This document shows positions 17,990 to 28,300 of a stretch of 64,000 nt of DNA, in pieces (positions within the stretch are counted from its first letter, which is position 1; each line of letters starts with the position of its first letter). A program made the translations under genes and the position numbers. Source of the DNA: Nanobdellota archaeon (GTDB lineage Archaea > Nanobdellota > Nanobdellia > Woesearchaeales > GW2011-AR9); assembly GCA_038044525.1 (NCBI GenBank), contig JBBSZV010000033.1, positions 7,131 through 71,130 of the forward strand. The letters are read 5' to 3'. The notes beneath the pieces are model-generated. The model had not been told where the DNA came from and ran no database searches. It was given only the letters and a program-made list of their open reading frames with translations.

Positions 17990-20461
17990 TTAATTTAGCT
18001 CTTCGTAGTCAGCTCCAGAAGGAGCGTAGAGTAAGCTGTCTTGCCCAGTAACAAAAGCCCAGTATCCTTCTCCAGGAATCAAGTCTTCCCAATCGGAGAC
18101 GGGCATGGCCTCTTCAGTTAACAAATTAACTTCTGCCAAGTCGGTTAACAGACCGCCACTTAAGTCTTGAGTTTCTTCTTCTTTGGGTACTTCGTTAAGA
18201 CCGTAGTGGCCAACAAGGTTCCAACCAGTCGTTAAAGTTACTTGGGGTGGAAGCGGGATGTTGTTTCCCAACAGGTAGTACTTATCTCCATCGTTGTAAA
18301 GAGTATCTTCTTCACTCATGATGACATAGTACCCGTATCCAGGGATCATTTCATCAAGATCTCCAGCTTCTCCGGAATAGAAATACCATTGGTTTTCTCC
18401 AGTTTCCGGATTGTGCTTGTAAGCCCATACTACTTCAGGGTTAACTCCATTAAGCACTGCTTCTACGCTGGTGTCTTGCGGAACAAGCGGGATGGAAATC
18501 AAGTTTTGGCCTGCACTTAGTTGAATTCCGTATTCGTATACGGTTACGGTGGCGGTTGCAACTTCGCTGTCATCATCTCCGTCGTTTACTACTAAAGCTA
18601 CGGTATGATCTCCAAGTTCAGAGTACTGAGTACATACGGACTGGCCTTCATCAGTACCGCTGAATTCTCCATCGTAGTCCAAATCCCAGAGGTAACGGAA
18701 TTCGGTATCGACAACATCTGTTGCGGTTCCCTCGAAACAGACTTCTTTATTTACAACCGATTGGTAAGACCCGTTTGCGTCTGCGGAAGGAGCGACGTTG
18801 TTAACAACAATCAATGCAGAATCGTATCCTGAATCTCCGTCGTTATCAGTAACCTGTGCCCCGACGCTAACTTCAGCATCGCCGTTACCGCAGGTGTAAT
18901 TAACGGATTCCCCTTCAGCTTCAAATTCTTCGCCACCCTCCAAATTCCTCCAGTTGTAGGTCAATGGATAGTCTGCGGGAACATCAAGAGCTGTTGCGGT
19001 AAGAAGTATTGTTTCTCCTTCGTTACAGGTATATTCTCCTGCTTCAACTAAAGGCGCTTCGTTGGACACGTATTTTGTAGCCGTAGCATCATCACAACTT
19101 TCTGCATCGCATACGGTTAAAGTAACAAGATATTCTCCTTCATCTGCGTAAGTATGTGTAGGGTTTTGTTCGGTTGAAGTTTCTTCATCGCCGAAATTCC
19201 ATGACCAACTTACTAAGACGTCGTGGGATTCAGAGGTGTCAGTAAAATCAACTGACATGCTTTCACCAAATTCATGGGCGCTTTCTTCAAATGAAGCTAC
19301 TGGCGCTACGTCAAGCACTTCAATGTAACCAGTTTTAGTTTCTGTATCGCTATGACCTGCATTATCAGTTACGGTTAAAGTAACTGTGAACAGCCCGTCA
19401 TTTTCATACAAAAGGTTTACAACTGGGCTGGTTGAGCTTTCAAGGTCAGCACCTTCAAAAGTCCACTGAAGATCTAATTCTTGATCTACAGTATCTGTAG
19501 AAGTACTAGTACAGGTAACTTCTAAATTTTCTTCTCCTGCAGCAGGAGTGCATTCAAAGTCAGCTACTGGGTCAGCACCATCGTAGGTGTAGGAGCTAGG
19601 ACCTACCACGGCAGTATTTCCAAATTCATCAACAGCAGTTACTACGTAAGTGACAACCATGCCATCTACTACATTAATGGTATTAGCTGAAATGTCTCTA
19701 CAATAGGCATCTCCTCCTTGGGAGAGATCATTCATGCCCAAAGTGCCTGAATAATTAGCAGTCTGAACCGTAAGTTGTGGGTAATTAACAACGCCCGATG
19801 GATCGGTGACTACTGCACAGATATTAACCTCGTCCGAGATATTAGGATCTGTTGGCGCATGTGTCACAGTGATTGCCGGACCTTCTGCGTCAAAATCATA
19901 AGTAATCATATCAGTTTCAAACAGAAAATTATTAGGATTCCAATTGATAACTTTTTTCAATTCAGCATCGTAATCGCTTGAGGGGACTAACCACAATTTT
20001 GCACCATGGCAATTGGTATAACCATCAGATTCACAATAATCATGTACATCAATGTTTGCATCAGGTGCGCTTGGTAAATCTAATCCCAGATCTACTGATT
20101 CTTCAAGATTTAAGTTACCGGACACATCGCTGGATCCAGTTCCGATTAAAGCTCCAGGGTTATCTCCGCCCCATTCATTAAGTCTGTCTGCATAATCAGC
20201 ATAATAGATCAAAGAATATTCTGTTTCTGGTTGAAGTCCTTGAGCATTTAATGAATAATCAAAGGTTGGGCCGCCGTTATTAAAGACAACTACCGCTTGG
20301 ACACCATCTCCAATTACATTCCAATCGGCATCTTTGTTTTCTAAAACCAAAGTGGTGGTGGTCTCATCCACAACGGCACTAACAGAACTCATCGCAATTA
20401 TAAAAATAGATAATATTAACATGATTTTATTCACAAAATGATTATTTTGATTATTTTTCAT
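17990..20461 (-). CDS. Secreted PKD-domain surface protein
   Basis: Signal peptide. PKD motifs SWSWNFGD..TSTEQNPTHTY, YLWDLDYDG. C-terminal L..GQNLISIP / LTTGWNLVG repeats. Confidence 0.82.
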   Translation of the reverse strand: MKNNQNNHFVNKIMLILSIFIIAMSSVSAVVDETTTTLVLENKDADWNVIGDGVQAVVVFNNGGPTFDYSLNAQGLQPETEYSLIYYADYADRLNEWGGDNPGALIGTGSSDVSGNLNLEESVDLGLDLPSAPDANIDVHDYCESDGYTNCHGAKLWLVPSSDYDAELKKVINWNPNNFLFETDMITYDFDAEGPAITVTHAPTDPNISDEVNICAVVTDPSGVVNYPQLTVQTANYSGTLGMNDLSQGGDAYCRDISANTINVVDGMVVTYVVTAVDEFGNTAVVGPSSYTYDGADPVADFECTPAAGEENLEVTCTSTSTDTVDQELDLQWTFEGADLESSTSPVVNLLYENDGLFTVTLTVTDNAGHSDTETKTGYIEVLDVAPVASFEESAHEFGESMSVDFTDTSESHDVLVSWSWNFGDEETSTEQNPTHTYADEGEYLVTLTVCDAESCDDATATKYVSNEAPLVEAGEYTCNEGETILLTATALDVPADYPLTYNWRNLEGGEEFEAEGESVNYTCGNGDAEVSVGAQVTDNDGDSGYDSALIVVNNVAPSADANGSYQSVVNKEVCFEGTATDVVDTEFRYLWDLDYDGEFSGTDEGQSVCTQYSELGDHTVALVVNDGDDDSEVATATVTVYEYGIQLSAGQNLISIPLVPQDTSVEAVLNGVNPEVVWAYKHNPETGENQWYFYSGEAGDLDEMIPGYGYYVIMSEEDTLYNDGDKYYLLGNNIPLPPQVTLTTGWNLVGHYGLNEVPKEEETQDLSGGLLTDLAEVNLLTEEAMPVSDWEDLIPGEGYWAFVTGQDSLLYAPSGADYEELN

Positions 20462-20607
20462 TTTTAAAAAACCCTCCCCTAAATAGTTTTATTCGTTTGC
20501 GAAGCGACCGCTTTAAAAAGTTTGTTAAACTATAAGACATACATTACATTGCTAATGGCGTCTTTGTTTCGTGACAAAATAAAGGAAATAATTTTATTTT
20601 TCGGTTA

Positions 20608-21375
20608 TTAATCTAAGTTCCCATTCGCTTTCAAAACGTCATCTATCGTGCCGAGGTCTAATCTGTTTGATGCTTGGATAACTTTGAATCTATCGTTTAC
20701 TAATTCCAGAGGATTTTTACATTTCAGCAGTTCTGATGAAAGATTCTGCATCTGCCGCAGCTTTTCCGGACTAAATAGATATACGGATGCATTTACCAAT
20801 CCTGATACCGCATCCTGCGGTTTTTCCCTGAAACTGGTGAGCCGATAGTGTTTATCTATAGTTATAACTCCATGGCTGGAGGCATTTTTTTCCTTATAAT
20901 ACACAATTACGGAAGAGAGCCCTTCTTTCCGGTAGGTCTCTATCATCGGAGAAAGATCCAGAAGGCCGCCAGTTTCATACACTAGAGTATCAGAAGCGAA
21001 GAGAAACAACGGCTGGCCGGGGCCGATCTGGGAAATTCCCAAAAGAATATCTAGCACCTGTTCTTTCCGGTCTTCGTTCTTGGTCACGCCGTTATTGAAG
21101 ATATTTTCACAAGGGATACCTTGTTGGGCAGCCCACCCTACATACTGCTGGTAATATTTTTGGTTAGTTTGGACGTATATATTATTCAATTGCACTCCAG
21201 CTTTACGCAGCTGTTCTAATTGATGCGTCACTATCGGCTTTCCCTCGATAGGAACCAATCCTTTGGGCTTGTCTTTTATCCATTTGATCAGCTGTTCTCT
21301 GTGGGAGCCTTGATAACGGTTAAGGGTGCTTTCTAATCTGGTTCCGAAACCGGCGGCGAGGATCAGTGCGTTCAT
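20608..21375 (-). CDS. Nucleotidyltransferase (NTP_transferase family)
   Basis: ALILAAGFGTRL, PKGLVPI, FREKP, VNASVYLF, LDLGT. Confidence 0.85.
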   Translation of the reverse strand: MNALILAAGFGTRLESTLNRYQGSHREQLIKWIKDKPKGLVPIEGKPIVTHQLEQLRKAGVQLNNIYVQTNQKYYQQYVGWAAQQGIPCENIFNNGVTKNEDRKEQVLDILLGISQIGPGQPLFLFASDTLVYETGGLLDLSPMIETYRKEGLSSVIVYYKEKNASSHGVITIDKHYRLTSFREKPQDAVSGLVNASVYLFSPEKLRQMQNLSSELLKCKNPLELVNDRFKVIQASNRLDLGTIDDVLKANGNLD

Positions 21376-21537
21376 GTGATCTCTTGAAGATGCTTGATTT
21401 AATTAAATTGTGAACCGTGAAACCGTTGCCACGCGCAAGGAAATGGCTTAGTGACAATTGCACCTCTATCGATGTAAAAGATGTAGAAAACTATTTAAAT
21501 AAAACGGCATTAAATTTAATGTTAGGCGAGGAATAAT

Positions 21538-21657
21538 ATGGCGGATGAACATAAAATAACTAAGAATGATAAAAGACTGCTTGAGTTAGTCAAAGTAGCT
21601 AAAGAAATCGTATTAAGAGAAGATAAAGTCCTGTTTGAAGAGTTAGCTAAACATTAA
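21538..21657 (+). CDS. 39-aa protein resembling Doc-associated antitoxin C-terminus
   Basis: MADEHKITKNDKRLLELVKVAKEIVLREDKVLFEELAKH, with GAGG SD and upstream TTTAAATA. Confidence 0.5.
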   Translation: MADEHKITKNDKRLLELVKVAKEIVLREDKVLFEELAKH

Positions 21658-21792
21658 TCTTGGCTGAGATTTCTCTATTTTTTATGATATTTGTGGATAG
21701 TCCAGAATTAGTATTTTGATCTTTTCATTTGAAATTCAACATAATTCAGTCAATGGAGTTAATGGGTTTATGAAAAAACTTACAAAAATAAT

Positions 21793-22311
21793 CTACTTCT
21801 TATTCCCCATGTAGAAGAACTTCTCGATGGAGACCTCTTCCGTCTTGTAATTCCCGGAACGGGGATGTGAAGAAGTATTCTGCTGCGGCTGCTCTTTGGG
21901 CTTTTCCTGGGCAGGCGTAAATATCTCTCCCAATTTAGGAGCAGCTCCGGACATGGCGGGAGTCTGGCTGAATCTTCTCTTGACTTCTTCCACTTCCTTG
22001 CGCATGGCAGTCATCTGTTCCTGAAATTCGGTAATCTTCTTGACTAAAAACTGGGAATTCTGCTGGAGAATGTCTTTTACTTTATCTGGATGGAGGTCGT
22101 CAGGCTGGACATGGACAGAATTGGCTGCCGCTGCCGGCACCCGCGGCTCCATGCCTTGATGCATCCGTTCGCGGATGGACTGGTTGTCCCCATCGTTGGA
22201 TTTAAATATTTTTTCTGCTTGTACTACCGCATCATCGCGATCCGAAGCTAATCCTTGTTTCATCAAATCAAGAGCAAGCTTGTTGATTTTCTGTATCCTT
22301 TCTACATCCAT
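21793..22311 (-). CDS. Hypothetical protein with coiled coil
   Basis: 172-aa ORF with GAGGG SD. C-terminal HPRSGNY...SIEKFFYMG. Confidence 0.75.
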   Translation of the reverse strand: MDVERIQKINKLALDLMKQGLASDRDDAVVQAEKIFKSNDGDNQSIRERMHQGMEPRVPAAAANSVHVQPDDLHPDKVKDILQQNSQFLVKKITEFQEQMTAMRKEVEEVKRRFSQTPAMSGAAPKLGEIFTPAQEKPKEQPQQNTSSHPRSGNYKTEEVSIEKFFYMGNKK

Positions 22312-22404
22312 GTTGTTTCCCTCTTTTTAATGTGAATTTTTACAGAAGTAAAGAGCACCATTTAATAACGTTTTCTATCCTGAAAACAATATCTTGCTTT
22401 AGTT

Positions 22405-22548
22405 TTATCCGCATACCAAGGGAATCTTGAACGGCAAAACTGCAACCGTACCTAAAAATACCAGCAGCAACCCCAACAATAGGCCGATAAACATACCCAT
22501 TATAAAATATTTGAATTCAATAATCCCCAGTTGACCCTTTTTTTCCAT
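22405..22548 (-). CDS. 47-aa mini-protein with class III (prepilin-like) signal peptide
   Basis: MEKKG/QLGIIEFKYFIMGMFIGLLLGLLLVFLGTVAVLPFKIPLVCG, with upstream TATA-like sequence. Confidence 0.6.
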   Translation of the reverse strand: MEKKGQLGIIEFKYFIMGMFIGLLLGLLLVFLGTVAVLPFKIPLVCG

Positions 22549-22612
22549 GCAACTTAAGATTTTTTTTAGATATATAAATGTTGCTATTTTTTCTTAAAAC
22601 GAGTGGCAAATA

Positions 22613-22756
22613 TCAAAACAAGGCGAATATTCGTTTCATCTTCTCATCAAATCTTTTGCTGGCTTCGTCAAACCTTCTCGCGGCCTCATCGGCCTGCTCC
22701 TTATTTTCCTTTAAGAATCTTCGCAACTCTTCCAGTTCTTTTTTATTCACTTTCAT
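22613..22756 (-). CDS. 47-aa charged helical protein
   Basis: MKVNKKELEELRRFLKENKEQADEAARRFDEASKRFDEKMKRIFALF. ATGA overlap with the upstream ORF, GAGG SD. Confidence 0.55.
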   Translation of the reverse strand: MKVNKKELEELRRFLKENKEQADEAARRFDEASKRFDEKMKRIFALF

Positions 22757-23178
22757 CTTCCGCGCCTCTTTTCGTTTTTAATATAAATGCTTTTTGGATT
22801 TAAATCTTTCGAAAAAATTTCCATGCCGTGAAGCAGGTCGTTATGAGCCATCTTCAGTGTTTTGTTTTCTTCCTCTAACGTCTTCTTATCACCATTTACT
22901 TCTGCGACTTGGTTCTCTAAGAATTTTATCCTTGATTCCATCAAAAGTTTATGGAAGGAAAAAGTAGTCAGGACGATAATAGCGAAAACAGAGATGATCG
23001 CTCCTAATTCCTGGACATTTTCAGCTTTATAACTAAACATCATCAGCAGGAATTGTTCTGCGGAGTAAAGTGCGATGAAGAACGCTTCAAATATGGTTTT
23101 ATTATTGAACGCAAAAGTACGTAAATTTTTCCAAAACAAGCTGCTTTCTCTAAAGATAAGGCCGTGCCAGGAAGTCAT
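22753..23178 (-). CDS. Hypothetical 2-TM protein with coiled coil
   Basis: Two hydrophobic segments followed by heptad repeats. Confidence 0.65.
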   Translation of the reverse strand: MTSWHGLIFRESSLFWKNLRTFAFNNKTIFEAFFIALYSAEQFLLMMFSYKAENVQELGAIISVFAIIVLTTFSFHKLLMESRIKFLENQVAEVNGDKKTLEEENKTLKMAHNDLLHGMEIFSKDLNPKSIYIKNEKRRGR

Positions 23179-23397
23179 ACTTTTTTTTGCTTGGAACTTA
23201 ATTATAATCTTTGCTGTAACCTAAAATATATCTTAAAGTTTAACTGTCCAAGCTAGTTAAATGCAATCTGTGGCATGTATTTTCTGTATTAATCTTTATA
23301 ACCCTAATTCAAATCGAAATTAGCACGCTTTATGCTCTCTCTTTTCCGACGCCACCCTAGCATAATCTTTATAAATCACAAGACTATCTTTAAGCCA

Positions 23398-25383
23398 ATG
23401 CGAAAAAAGAGGTACACGATAGATAGCAGTAGCCTTAATCTCCCTTATCCGGCTTCTAAAAAAGGACAAGTGACTGTTTTTATTATTTTAGGGATTCTAT
23501 TGCTTCTGTCTTTAACTTTAGTGGTTTTTCTGCGTAAAGAACTTATAACCTTTAAACCGGGAGAAATAATCCCGACGGAAAAAGGAAAAGTGGAAAATTT
23601 CCTCACCAGCTGTCTGGAAAAAGTCGGCGGGGAAGCATTGCAGCTGGTGGGAGTGCAGGGCGGTTATATCACCATCCCTTCTGATGTTGTCAATGATTAC
23701 AACGCCCGTTTACAGGTTTCTCCTGCGCACATGGTTCCTTACTGGGCTTACGGTCAGAATGTACGCATACCTTCTCTTCCGGAAATAAAGGAACAAATGG
23801 ACAATTATATCGAAAAAAATATGCGCGCGTGCTTATTTTCACAGGAAGCTTTTCAGGAAGCTTATGATTTGATTGAAAAGAGCGATTTGATCTCCAATAC
23901 TGAAATAGTAGAAGGAAAAGTCATATTCAACCTGCGCTGGGAAATGGAAATACGCAGTAAAAACGGAGAGATCATTACGGAATTAATCAACCACATCGCT
24001 GAATCTCCAGTGCGTCTGAAAGAGGTATATGAAGTTTCCCGATCCATCGTAGAGAAAGAACTGGACACTTTGAAGCTGGAAGACATCACCCAAGATCTGA
24101 TTGCCTTGGAGCATCCTGATGTTCCGGTAGCCGGAATGGAATTGAGCTGTGCAAAAAAGAAGTGGGACCCTAATACGGTCCGCAGTACCTTACTGGAATT
24201 GATCCGCATCAATCTCCGGGAACTTAAAGTGCAGGGGACTGATCATGTGAATTTTCCGGAAGAATTGACCTATTACCAAAACCATTATGTCTGGGATCTT
24301 GGTTCTGAGTTCAAACATCCTTCGGTAAGCGTCTTATTTAATTTCGACCGGAGCTATCCTTACATTTTTGCCGTAACTCCTTTGAACGGGAATAGGATGG
24401 AAAGCTCCCAATTGGGGGGAACAGATGTGCTTTCTTTCTTATGCATCCAGACCTGGAAATTTACCTACGATATTATTTATCCCGTGCTGGTCAAAGTAAA
24501 AGATGAAACTACAGGATACACTTTCAATACCGCTTTTACAGTGCATTTAGTCAGAAACCTGCCCAGCCGGGAAGAAGCGGTGCCGCGAGCTTCATATTTT
24601 ACCGGTACAGTGAACGATGAAGAATATTGCGGAAACATGAATATGCCCATGACTGTCTTCGCGTACGAATTAGTGGAAAATGAACCGACCGGCGTCTATG
24701 ACCGCGAACCGCTGGAAGGGGTGCAGACCAGTTTTACTTGTCTGAAATATAAATGCGAAATGCTAGAAAGCGAATATGATTTTGCCGGACGCGGGCATGT
24801 TGCCGGGTACACCACTAATTTCCCCTACTGCGTCGGAGGGATACTGCGCGGAGAAAAAGAAGGATATAAAGAAAGCTGGCAGAGATTAGTCACGGCTGTA
24901 GGAAAAGAAGTAGAGCTGGATTTAGTTCCAGTCGCTGAAGTGCCGGTGCGGAAAATCACTTTAGTGAAACATCAGCTTGGCAGCGACGGGAAAGCGGGAC
25001 CAGCAAAAGAACTGTCTGATGAAGAGTTAGGCTTAGTCAAATTGATACTGCGCAAGAAAAGTGATCTTCCCGGAAGCGTTTTCCACGAATCAAGCATAAC
25101 CAAGGCGAAAACCAGCGATGAAGAAGTTTTAGGAGAAGAAGCGTTGGAATTTTTAGCCCGGGCAGATTTTACTTACGAATTAGAGGTCAGCGTGTTAGGG
25201 TCGGAAAAATTTATCGGCGGATATAAAGGAAACTGGGGCGTTTCATGGGATGCATTGCGTAATGCGGAAGAAATAGTGTTCCATGTCGTAAGCAGGGATG
25301 GCGCGAGCGAAGAGCAAATGTTCGATTTAATGTTGAACCTGCCGGAATACAGCCGATACGTTCCCTCGCCGGAAATAAGATAG
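23398..25383 (+). CDS. Large class III signal-peptide (pilin-like) membrane-anchored protein
   Basis: SKKG/QVTVFIILGILLLLSLTLVVFL followed by a long extracellular region with Cys residues. ATG at 23398 preferred. Confidence 0.8.
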   Translation: MRKKRYTIDSSSLNLPYPASKKGQVTVFIILGILLLLSLTLVVFLRKELITFKPGEIIPTEKGKVENFLTSCLEKVGGEALQLVGVQGGYITIPSDVVNDYNARLQVSPAHMVPYWAYGQNVRIPSLPEIKEQMDNYIEKNMRACLFSQEAFQEAYDLIEKSDLISNTEIVEGKVIFNLRWEMEIRSKNGEIITELINHIAESPVRLKEVYEVSRSIVEKELDTLKLEDITQDLIALEHPDVPVAGMELSCAKKKWDPNTVRSTLLELIRINLRELKVQGTDHVNFPEELTYYQNHYVWDLGSEFKHPSVSVLFNFDRSYPYIFAVTPLNGNRMESSQLGGTDVLSFLCIQTWKFTYDIIYPVLVKVKDETTGYTFNTAFTVHLVRNLPSREEAVPRASYFTGTVNDEEYCGNMNMPMTVFAYELVENEPTGVYDREPLEGVQTSFTCLKYKCEMLESEYDFAGRGHVAGYTTNFPYCVGGILRGEKEGYKESWQRLVTAVGKEVELDLVPVAEVPVRKITLVKHQLGSDGKAGPAKELSDEELGLVKLILRKKSDLPGSVFHESSITKAKTSDEEVLGEEALEFLARADFTYELEVSVLGSEKFIGGYKGNWGVSWDALRNAEEIVFHVVSRDGASEEQMFDLMLNLPEYSRYVPSPEIR

Positions 25384-25397
25384 GGGTAGATTAGGTA

Positions 25398-28300
25398 ATG
25401 ATAGGTTCGCAAAAAAAGAGATGCTGGAGAATTTTGGTTTTCATAGTCCTGGGGCTGTTCCTGAATCTTCCGATCGTAAGCGCATTAGAGATATCTAATG
25501 TCCGCGCCGAAATTATTTCACCTACTGAAGCAGAAATATCATGGGAAACTGATGAGCCTGCCGGAAGTTTTGTTGATTATGGTCTTTCAGAAGAAACCCT
25601 CGGAAGAGTCGGCGATGCCAGCCAAGTGGTGGAGCACATAGTAGCGTTATCTGATATTGCGCCGCAGTCAACTTATTATTTTCAGGTGCAGAGCGGAGAA
25701 GTCATAGATAATAATGATGGAAGCCTGTATTCTTTCAATACCCTCGCTCCCGACACTACCGCACCAGAAATAAATGTTGAATTGCCGGCAGCGGTGCAGG
25801 GAAACAGGATTGATTTCTCCGGAACCACTGAATTCGGAGCGACGGTCAATGTTTTTGTGAACGGCCCCTTGTTAAGGGTTGTGGCTGCCGACGCAGCTCT
25901 GCCTGACGATCCGTCACAGGGGAGATTTACCATCACTGATCTGGCTCTGGACAGCAATAAGGATAATCTGGTTAAAATAGAAGTGATTGACCTAGCTGGG
26001 AATGATGCATCGATGCAGGTGACCGTATTTTCAGACACCAGCAAACCAAAATTGGATTTGGTGGTCCTGCCGGAGTTCGTGAGCGAGAAAAATTTTATCC
26101 TGAGAGGGACTATCTCTGAGGAGAGCTCTTATGAGATTTTTATTGCTGAAGATTCTGTCGCTGAAGGTCAAGGAACTGCCTTGCAGGCCGAATTATCTTT
26201 AGAAGAAGGCGGAAACAAGATCAAGATTGTGATTACTGATAAGGCCGGCTGGGTGACTGAAGAGGAATTCAACATCATCTCTGATACCAAAGCACCTAAA
26301 GTAGAATTTGATTTCGCCAAAGGAAAGGAATATTACCAGGGAAATGCAGAGACTGACATTTCAGGGGCTACCGAACCTGGCGCAGAAGTGTATCTATTTA
26401 TTTTCCGTCCACTCACTTATGAATTCACTCCCACCTTTAACAAAGCTTGGGAAAAAGTTACCGCTGATGCGCAGGGAAGGTTTACCTTTGAGGAAGTAGA
26501 TCTGGAAAGCCCACCTATCAGTTTAGAAGATCTTGCTCCACGGCAAATTCCTTCAGGCTTAAATGCTGAAACTATTTTTCCTATAGAACAGATACAGGCG
26601 GCACAGAAATTTACCTATCATGTGTATTTAGTTGCCGAAGATAAAAGCGGCAAAACAGGATATGCAAAAAAGCTGGTCAATATCAATACCTGCTATTCTG
26701 CCGATTTTGATTTTGACGTGCAATCGCTGGCCAGGTTCCAGGCTCCTCTGCGATTAAACCCGACTTTGCTTGATGACGGCAGGGAAGAAGTAACTGCGGT
26801 ATTTAATTTTAGTTACCGCGGGAAAGGAATTTCAACCCAAGGCCAGTCAGCTTTCCAGATCCAGAACGTCCAGTTCGATAAGGCCTGCACTCAAGGGATG
26901 CTGGAAGACGACAGCACTAAGATAGGATGCAATATTTTCCCGCAGCAGCCGCGGCTGATGCCGAATGCTGATAAGACTGCCTGGTATATCACGGCGCCTC
27001 TTTTCACTACAGAAAAGTTCAGCGATAAGAAAGAAGATTTCTGGGACGAATTCGGCAGGCGGCAGATAACGTTCCCTCTGAAAATTAAAATTACTTACCG
27101 TGATAATCTGGGCGGCGGAAAGATGAGCGACCTTAAGACACAGGTATCTTGTTATGAGCTAGGTTATTTCATCGACATACCTCTCGAAAGCAAAAACATG
27201 ATTCCGGATTTCTTAGCTGAAGAAGGTCTGGATGCAATCGAATTTACTATCGATAAAATTGATATTGTTTTGCCTTATCTGGAAAATGCTATTTTAGTTA
27301 CGGGGATTGCCTGGGTAAGTTCGTTCATAGGTAAGTTAGCCGTCAGGTATGCCCGGCTGGTCAGTTCTAAATTAGAAGCTTTCTTCAGCAAAGGAAAAGC
27401 TAAGAATGAGCAATGTCCGGGGGATCAGGAAAAATATTATACCAAGAGTGAGATCCAGCACTGGAGAGAGCTGAAAGCGCGCGGCTTGCTGGAAGGAGAA
27501 GAAAGATTAAGAAAAGATTGGGAAGATGAATCGCAATCGATAGAAGAATTATGTCCGAGCACTGCTGGCCTGTGGGAAGCAGAAAAAGTTATTGATCAAG
27601 CCTACCGCTGGACCGGAGACAGAGTATTATGCCGGACCGTTCCTGCCGGATGGACTTCTACCAAAGATAAACCGGAAATTGATACCGTCATCGCGGGGCA
27701 GAACCAATGCACTGCCTCCAGCCGAGGCGTACCGCTTCTGGAAATTGAGAATTGCGGAAAGCGCATAGAAGAAAATACCAATATTGCTAATCCTAATGCC
27801 AAAGCAGCGCGGTTAGTCGACGAAGGAGAATTCACCTGTTACCAGTCGGGAGATTTCTTGTATTACGCAAATCAAGATTCAGCGACGACATTGCAAAATG
27901 GCGGTTCTTTAGTGCGGCTGGAAAGAGTTCACGATTTTGGTTTGAGCATTCAGCAGGCGGGATTATACGCTGGTGCAGGAGATTTGATTGCCTATCAGCC
28001 GCCAGGTTCTGACCAATATGTCATCGGGCAGGATAAAACCTGTGAACAGGCGTGCAAAAATCCGCGGAAATCCGGCTACCGAGCTTATGTGGAAAAAGGA
28101 TTAAGGACCGTCACTGCCGACGGACAGGAAGGATCTTTTGGCTGTTTCCAGGAAAGGGTCAACGAATTTGGAGATATAAACCCGGTTGGCGTCGCTACTC
28201 AGGATAATCCTAACGATCCCCAAGGGATTGGTTCCAGACAGTTTTCGGCAGGTTATACCCGCGACTGTTTCATCGATTATCAAAAAGGCGGTGTCACTCC

